64,000 bases of DNA from contig CBFIDS010000123.1 of the NCBI GenBank assembly GCA_965661435.1, positions 1,684 through 65,683 on the forward strand, read 5' to 3'. A program made the translations under genes and the position numbers. Below are positions 58,086 to 64,000 of the stretch, in pieces; within the stretch, counting starts at the first letter, position 1, and each line of letters opens with the position of its first letter. Below the pieces are notes generated by a model. It was not told the DNA's origin and did not search any database. It saw only the letters and a list, made by a program, of their open reading frames with translations. This DNA comes from Roseivirga sp. Lineage in GTDB: Bacteria > Bacteroidota > Bacteroidia > Cytophagales > Cyclobacteriaceae.

Positions 58086-60250
58086 GCTTCTAAAGTCAAA
58101 GGCATTGTTCTTAGGCGTTTTCCCGTCAATTGATAAGTTGCATTGGCGATAGCAGCACCTATAGGGCCAAGTGGAGGTTCACCAACACCACCTGGTTTAT
58201 CATCATTCTCCAACAGGATGACATTGATTTCCTTTGGAGCATGCCTCATGGTAGCCATTTTATATGGTCCATAAATAATAGGTTGAAGTTCGTTGTCCTT
58301 GAGCGTCATTTCCTCGAACATTGAAGCACTCATTCCCATAATGATGGAACCTTCACATTGTGCCTTTACCTGATCTGGGTTGATGACCAATCCAGGGTCT
58401 AAAGCACAAGTGACCTTGTGAACTTTGATCTCGGAGTTTTCAATAGAAACCTCAACAACCTGTGCACACGGCACATTGACATCTGTAGAACAAGCGAAGC
58501 CAAGTGCCCTTCCTTCTGTTAGTTTTTCACCCCAAGATGAATTATCCCTTGCCGCTGCAATGACTTTTTTAAGTCGAGTACCTCGTTCAGAATCATCGAT
58601 CTGAGCTAAACGATACTCAATTGGATCTTTTCCTGCCTTTTCTGCCAACTCATCCATGAAGCTCTCTATGGCAAAAGTGTTAGCTAATAAGCCTAAACTT
58701 CTCCACCAACTAGTTGCAAAAGGCAGTTTTACTCGCCATGAAATTGCTTGATAATTAGGAATGCTTGAATATTGAATCATTCCCCCGCGCCAAGCGCCAA
58801 CATCCGAGCCAATCAAATTATTAACGATAGCAGGTAGAAGGGGAGAACCATAGGAGACGTCTCCACTTGAGATATTGTGTTCCATGGCCGCTATCATTCC
58901 ATTCTCATCCAATTTGGCTTTAAGAAAGTTGTGCGCAGGGGGTCTGAATGTATCGTTTTGGAATTCTTCTTTTCGATTGAAGAAACTCTTCACTGGTTTG
59001 CCGACTGCTTTTGACATGACGGCAGCTTCAACAGCATTGGGTGTATGCAGTCTTCGCCCGAAACCACCACCTAAGAAAGTAGGTTTTATGTTTACTTGGT
59101 CTTTGTTCAGGCCTAGTCTCTTTGCAACCTCCTTGCGAGTAATTTCTACTACTTGGGTAGACATAATTACAGTTGCCTTATCCTCTTCTACAAAAGCAAC
59201 AGAACCATTGGGTTCTAATTGGGCGTGGGCTCCCATCGGGCTTTTGTATTCAGCCCTAATCAAATTTCCGCCTTCTTTTAGAGAGCCTTCAGGGTTTCCT
59301 GATTTTTGAATAGTTTGTGGGTGTCCTTTACCCACTTGAATCATCTCGGTTATATCTTCATAATTCCAATTATTATTTGTCTTCCATTCGCTTTGAATCG
59401 CTTCCTTAGCCTGTTCTGCCTCGTAATAGGAATTAGCAATCACCCCAACAAAGTCGTCTTCTTGAATGATTTTCACAACTCCTGGCATTTTTTCAGCCTT
59501 GGTGATATCAATGGAAACCAATTCGCTATCTACTAAATGAGGCCTGAGCACGGCACCGTAAAGCATGTTGGGCATTTCTGCATCTAAACCATAAATTGGC
59601 TCACCAGTCACTTTTGACTTTAAATCTAACCTAGGAATAGGTTTGCCAATATACTTAGCTCTATCAACCGCCTTTAATTCTGGTGTGTCTACTTCTTCCC
59701 ACTCGGCGACTTGTTGTACCAATTCTCCAAATGAAATAGATTTATTACCAGCGCTCACCTTTCCTTCTGAGATTTCAATTTTATCAGTAGTGGTATTCAT
59801 GACCTTCGATGCTTCATTACGAATCATTTCGCGCATGGATGCAGCAATTTCGCGCAAAGGAATCCATAGGCTTGCTATTGAAGTGCTGCCTCCTGTGGCG
59901 AAATTATCTACGTTGCCTGACATGGACTCAGCATGCTTTACTTGCATTTGTTCCATGGTAGCGCCTAATTCTTCTGCAGCAATTTGGGCTAATCCTGTAT
60001 GAGCCCCTTGGCCCATTTCTACTTTAGTGGAATGAAGAATCACTTCATTTTTTTCAGTGATTTCAAACCAGATGCTTGGGTCACTTGAAGTTCCTTGATA
60101 AGGTGTATCAAGTGTGTTGGCCATTTCAGCAATATATCGCTGCCAAATATTTCGGGTGAAATATCCAGTACCGATAACAACACCAAGACCTACTGAAGAC
60201 CTCACTAAGAACTTTCGCCTAGACCACCCTTTTTTCTTTTCTTTTCTCAT
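58082..60250 (-). CDS. iorB: Molybdopterin oxidoreductase large subunit (IorB / xanthine dehydrogenase family), Tat-exported
   Basis: SRRKFL Tat motif; EMGQG, TGGSTS, AHAQLEP, LGGGFGRR, WWRS, GGVGEP. Confidence 0.88.
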   Translation of the reverse strand: MRKEKKKGWSRRKFLVRSSVGLGVVIGTGYFTRNIWQRYIAEMANTLDTPYQGTSSDPSIWFEITEKNEVILHSTKVEMGQGAHTGLAQIAAEELGATMEQMQVKHAESMSGNVDNFATGGSTSIASLWIPLREIAASMREMIRNEASKVMNTTTDKIEISEGKVSAGNKSISFGELVQQVAEWEEVDTPELKAVDRAKYIGKPIPRLDLKSKVTGEPIYGLDAEMPNMLYGAVLRPHLVDSELVSIDITKAEKMPGVVKIIQEDDFVGVIANSYYEAEQAKEAIQSEWKTNNNWNYEDITEMIQVGKGHPQTIQKSGNPEGSLKEGGNLIRAEYKSPMGAHAQLEPNGSVAFVEEDKATVIMSTQVVEITRKEVAKRLGLNKDQVNIKPTFLGGGFGRRLHTPNAVEAAVMSKAVGKPVKSFFNRKEEFQNDTFRPPAHNFLKAKLDENGMIAAMEHNISSGDVSYGSPLLPAIVNNLIGSDVGAWRGGMIQYSSIPNYQAISWRVKLPFATSWWRSLGLLANTFAIESFMDELAEKAGKDPIEYRLAQIDDSERGTRLKKVIAAARDNSSWGEKLTEGRALGFACSTDVNVPCAQVVEVSIENSEIKVHKVTCALDPGLVINPDQVKAQCEGSIIMGMSASMFEEMTLKDNELQPIIYGPYKMATMRHAPKEINVILLENDDKPGGVGEPPLGPIGAAIANATYQLTGKRLRTMPLTLEA

Positions 60251-60253
60251 GAT

Positions 60254-60712
60254 CTAAGCGTTTTGATTATTCAATTCCGCAGCCTTATGAATCGCCTTTC
60301 TCATGCGATAATAGGTAGCGCAACGACAAATATTGGTAATGTTATTGTCAATATCTTCATCTGTAAGGTTAGGCTTACTATTGATCAGCGCATTAGTAGC
60401 CATCATAAATCCTGGTTGGCAATAGCCGCATTGGGGAACAATTTCTTCTATCCAAGCTTTTTTGACCGGATGATCTTCTGGTAAGCCCTCAATGGTAATC
60501 ACTTTTTTGTCAGCAGCGGCTACAACAGGGTAAGAACAGGATCTAATGGCCATGCCATCGATGTTGACAGTGCAGGCTCCGCATGCCCCCTTACCACAAC
60601 CAAACTTTGTTCCTTTATAACCTAACTGATCTCTGATAACCCACAATAAAGGAGTGTTGCCGTCACTTTCTACGGTTACTTCTTCATCGTTTAGGGAGAA
60701 TGTGATTTTCAT
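60254..60712 (-). CDS. iorA: (2Fe-2S)-binding small subunit (IorA)
   Basis: GTKFGCGKGACGACTV...SC; QCGYCQPG; NICRC. Confidence 0.9.
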   Translation of the reverse strand: MKITFSLNDEEVTVESDGNTPLLWVIRDQLGYKGTKFGCGKGACGACTVNIDGMAIRSCSYPVVAAADKKVITIEGLPEDHPVKKAWIEEIVPQCGYCQPGFMMATNALINSKPNLTDEDIDNNITNICRCATYYRMRKAIHKAAELNNQNA

Positions 60713-60810
60713 AAATTGGATGATTTATGAAGGAATATAATGATTCTCTGTGTTGAGACCTTGGTGATGACATTTCTTTTAGGTGAAGAAATGGAAAAAT
60801 TCGAAAATGA

Positions 60811-60857
60811 TTTGTTCTACAAGAATAGAGGTAATATATTTGTTCTATGTTTGTAGA
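60811..60857 (+). promoter_or_regulatory. Promoter of padR with two overlapping TCTA-N6-TAGA operators
   Basis: TTTG (60811-60814), 20 nt spacer, TATATTTG (60835-60842); palindromes at 60816-60829 and 60844-60857. Confidence 0.75.
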
Positions 60858-60866
60858 TAATAAATC

Positions 60867-61211
60867 ATGAAAGGAAAAGGAAACTACATAGGGGAGTTGG
60901 AAGAACTTGTCCTTCTTTTGGTAGGTATCTTGAAAGATGATGCCTATGCGGTGGCTGTTCTCAAAGAAATGAAAGACCAAACGGGGAGAGAATTAAATAT
61001 CAGTGCCATTCACGCAGTGCTTAACAGACTGGAAGAAAAGGGTTGGTTGAATTCTCATATGGGTGGAGCATCTCAAGAAAGAGGGGGGAGGCGTAAGCGT
61101 TTCTACCAATTAACAGCTGCTGGTAAAGCAATACTGGATAGTGTAAAGTCTCAACGAGATGGACTTTATGGTCAGCTTCCAGTTGGAATGTCTTACTCAT
61201 TTTCTTCATGA
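60867..61211 (+). CDS. PadR family transcriptional regulator
   Basis: GELEELVLL, AY...., LNRLEEKG, RGGRRKRFYQLTAAG. Confidence 0.92.
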   Translation: MKGKGNYIGELEELVLLLVGILKDDAYAVAVLKEMKDQTGRELNISAIHAVLNRLEEKGWLNSHMGGASQERGGRRKRFYQLTAAGKAILDSVKSQRDGLYGQLPVGMSYSFSS

Positions 61212-63799
61212 GTAAATCAAACAAACATAGCCCTCCTAAATGGGCTGATTGGCTTTTAGCTTTCTATTGCAACCCTAAACTTCTAGAACAGATCCAAGGC
61301 GATGTGCATGAATTGTACTATTGGAGACTAGAGGAGAAGGGTGATAAGAAGGCCAGGTGGTCATTTATTTGGGATGTTATTCGCCTGTTCAGGTGGTCAA
61401 ATATTAAAAGGTCAAACAAAACTCAAAAGTTCAACAACATGGGAATCTTTAGAAATTATTTCAAAGTAGGGCTTCGAAACCTTTGGAAGCAGCGTATGCC
61501 AAGTGCGATCAATATCATTGGTCTTTCTTTAGCTATAGGCTGTTCAATCGTTGTTTTCAAGTTTGTGGAATACAACTATGTGAAAGATGATTTTCACGAG
61601 AAAAGAGATGATATTTTCCTGGTGACTCATTGGGAAGAACTAGAATCCAATAATGGTCGAAATGGGGGGACTGATAATCAATTAAGTAGAGAAATACTTA
61701 ATTCAGTACCAGGCATTAAAGCTTCAACCCGATATAATTATTTGCAAATTGAAACCAGAGTAGATGAAACGGTCAACTATGGGTCGGCCATTTTTGCAGA
61801 CCCCGATTATCTGGAGATGTTCACCTTCGAACTCCTAGCGGGAAATCCAAAATCTATCAATACTACGGATAATATAATCATTGATGAAAGTACGTCAAAT
61901 AGGCTTTTTGGGGATCAGTCAGGTTTGGATAAAAAAGTGGAGTTGAAGATTGGTGAAGAATGGAAGGTGTTTAACGTAGGCGCTATCTACAAAGACAGGC
62001 CAAGTAATTCTAGTCTTCAGTATCATATATTGGTCAATTACGATCACCTTGAGCAATATTTGAGCGAAAGAGAAAGTTGGATCACTAATTTTTTCATCCA
62101 GCGTCAAGATGGTATTGAGCCTTCTGTAATGCTCAATTCAATGGATGAACTTTTGCCAATTTTCAATAAGGATAATGAAGATAAGGCTTATAGTTATTTT
62201 GAGTTAGAACCCTTGGCAACTATGGCCAAGAACTCTTATGAAATTGGGAATGGAGTTGGGTCTGCGCCAAGTATGGCGCCAATAATTACTTTGTCAGCTA
62301 TTGCTATTTTCATGCTGTTACTTTCAACGCTTAATTATGTCAATATCTCATTGGCAATGGTGATGAAAAGGCTAAAAGAAATAGGGATAAGAAAAGTAAT
62401 TGGTAGCAAGAGAAAACAGTTGATCTCTCAATTCATCATTGAAAACTTCCTACTCTGTTCATTGTCCATGTTTCTTGGGGTTCTTTTAGCCCATTCTCTT
62501 TTCCTCCCAGGATTCAATGAAATTGCAGGTGGAGATTTTAAACTAGATATATTTTCCCATTCAAATTTCGTCTTATTCTTACTTAGCCTATTAATATTTA
62601 TAACCATCGCATCAGGACTTTACCCAGCATTAGTGGCCTCTGCATACAAGCCCATTTCTATTCTAAGAAAGTCTACACAAAGGTCAGGAAATAGGTTATT
62701 GAGTAATATTTTCCTCACTTTTCAGATGATCTTAGCAATGGTGACTATAGTTGCTGCTGTGATGTTTGTCTATACTAATAGATATAACGAATCTTTAGAA
62801 TGGGGGTATGATCAATATAATAAATTGGTAACGAGTATTCCTGGAGATGAATATAGAGATGTATATCGTGACGTTTTGGAGTCAAATCCTAAAATAGTTC
62901 AATTTGCTGGGACCAGTGAAAATATTGGTCAGTTTTTGAATGGGGTACAATTTCAAAATGGGGAAGTTAAAACCTATGCGGAATTATTTGGAGTTGGTAG
63001 AAATTACCCTCAGGTTTTAGGTTTGAAGCTCGTTTCTGGGAGACTTTTTGATCCAGAGTTGGAAAGTGATTTAGAAAATAGTCTGATCGTTAATGAGTCA
63101 TTTCTAGATCGATTACAAATCGAATTTGATCCGGATGGAACTTATATCAGACAAGACACGACTGACTACAACATTATTGGCGTGGTTGAAGACTATCACT
63201 ACTGGGATCCGAGCCAAGTGATTCGTGGAGCTGCAATGAAAGCGATACCTTCAGAAGAATATAAAGCCTATATGATCGAAATGACTGAGGGAGATATTTT
63301 TGAGCAAAGAGAGGAAATTCGAGCTTCTTTGCAGGAATTGGTTGATGAGAGAACTGTTTATGTAGGTATTCAGGAAATGTCATTTGAAAGCTTCTATGAG
63401 GAGATGCGTGGTATAAGGAATATCATGTTATTTACTGCAACTGTCGCTATATTATTAGCAGCTATGGGGCTTTACGGCCTTGTAAACATTAATGTAACTA
63501 ACCATATCAAGGATTTTGGAATTAGAAAAGTACTAGGTGCTTCTGCCTTAAGTCTGTCAAAAACAGTAGTAAGAAAGTTTCAGTATGTTTTAATTCTAGC
63601 CATTTTAATAGGCTGCCCAATTGCCGTGCTACTAGTAGATATGTTGATCAATGATATCTATGCTTATGCTCCAAGAATAGGAGTGGGGCCATTATCTGTT
63701 GCGGTATCTATACTTTTGGCGGTGGCCTTGTTCACGCTAAACCTTCAGGTGAGGAAGGTTAGAAGAATGAATCCGGCAGAGACGCTGAGAACAGAATAG
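61208..63799 (+). CDS. MacB/FtsX-like duplicated ABC permease with N-terminal prefix domain
   Basis: PPKWADWLL...IQGDVHE prefix; NYFKVGLRNLWK; two FtsX halves (RLKEIGIRKVIG, KDFGIRKVLGA); NPAETLRTE; ATGA overlap with padR. Confidence 0.9.
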   Translation: MSKSNKHSPPKWADWLLAFYCNPKLLEQIQGDVHELYYWRLEEKGDKKARWSFIWDVIRLFRWSNIKRSNKTQKFNNMGIFRNYFKVGLRNLWKQRMPSAINIIGLSLAIGCSIVVFKFVEYNYVKDDFHEKRDDIFLVTHWEELESNNGRNGGTDNQLSREILNSVPGIKASTRYNYLQIETRVDETVNYGSAIFADPDYLEMFTFELLAGNPKSINTTDNIIIDESTSNRLFGDQSGLDKKVELKIGEEWKVFNVGAIYKDRPSNSSLQYHILVNYDHLEQYLSERESWITNFFIQRQDGIEPSVMLNSMDELLPIFNKDNEDKAYSYFELEPLATMAKNSYEIGNGVGSAPSMAPIITLSAIAIFMLLLSTLNYVNISLAMVMKRLKEIGIRKVIGSKRKQLISQFIIENFLLCSLSMFLGVLLAHSLFLPGFNEIAGGDFKLDIFSHSNFVLFLLSLLIFITIASGLYPALVASAYKPISILRKSTQRSGNRLLSNIFLTFQMILAMVTIVAAVMFVYTNRYNESLEWGYDQYNKLVTSIPGDEYRDVYRDVLESNPKIVQFAGTSENIGQFLNGVQFQNGEVKTYAELFGVGRNYPQVLGLKLVSGRLFDPELESDLENSLIVNESFLDRLQIEFDPDGTYIRQDTTDYNIIGVVEDYHYWDPSQVIRGAAMKAIPSEEYKAYMIEMTEGDIFEQREEIRASLQELVDERTVYVGIQEMSFESFYEEMRGIRNIMLFTATVAILLAAMGLYGLVNINVTNHIKDFGIRKVLGASALSLSKTVVRKFQYVLILAILIGCPIAVLLVDMLINDIYAYAPRIGVGPLSVAVSILLAVALFTLNLQVRKVRRMNPAETLRTE

Positions 63800-63805
63800 A
63801 ACTTC

Positions 63806-63846
63806 TATTAAGTAAGGCTTCAATTTACTTGAGGCCTTACTTAATA
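63806..63846. terminator. Stem-loop / bidirectional terminator between convergent genes
   Basis: TATTAAGTAAGGCTTCAA-loop-TTGAGGCCTTACTTAATA. Confidence 0.75.
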
Positions 63847-63860
63847 TCTTTAGCCATATA

Positions 63861-64000
63861 TTAATAGATAGCTTCTCTTTGAGACATCCACTCTTCATTA
63901 GCAATGTAGTCATCGTAGGTGCTTAGTTTATCTAAAACACCTTTTGGGCCGATCTCTAAAATCCTATTGGCTACAGTATGAGTGAACTGGTGATCATGAG
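63861..64000 (-). CDS. C-terminus of an ABC-F family ATPase (YbiT-like), partial
   Basis: Manual translation HDHQFTHTVANRILEIGPKGVLDKLSTYDDYIANEEWMSQREAIY* (H-loop followed by ABC-F-type tail). Confidence 0.75.
   Translation of the reverse strand, partial: HDHQFTHTVANRILEIGPKGVLDKLSTYDDYIANEEWMSQREAIY

Noticed and set aside
1-64000. CRISPR arrays, IS elements, prophage, rRNA, riboswitches
   Set aside because: None recognised by eye; intergenic regions are short and accounted for. An Rfam/Infernal scan would be needed to exclude small ncRNAs

Overview
AT-rich, gene-dense chromosomal core region of a Bacteroidota bacterium, probably Cytophagales (inferred from gene order, TAnnTTTG promoters and the general lack of Shine-Dalgarno sites). 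In order it holds: a partial tamB, tsaD-thioesterase-smpB-NlpC/P60-HNH, yjdM, rpsA and tRNA-Cys. Then comes a ~17 kb respiratory cluster: alternative complex III (actABCDEF), an A1-type aa3 oxidase, heme A/O synthases, a Cys-less SCO-like protein, DUF420 and small Cys-motif proteins. After that are an orphan 1231-aa histidine kinase and a disrupted giant outer-membrane protein with a SprA-like motif. A housekeeping block follows (mlaFE, ppgK, rnhA, aroQ, xerD, corA, mscS, usp, pyrD, ftsK, lolA, pyrF, trhO). The window ends with an M28 peptidase, a plug-only TonB-like protein, iorAB with a broken MBL hydrolase, and a PadR/MacB-like permease pair. I found no CRISPR array, prophage, IS or defence island, and no clear-cut new system. 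The best leads are the tandem PadR operators over a perfect promoter, a Fur-like box upstream of the ACIII operon, the pseudo-SCO/QCAMC module, the kinase + SprA-like barrel pair, an uncalled 38-aa membrane microprotein, and several reading-frame lesions (decay or assembly error). All family calls are from motif recognition, not database searches.
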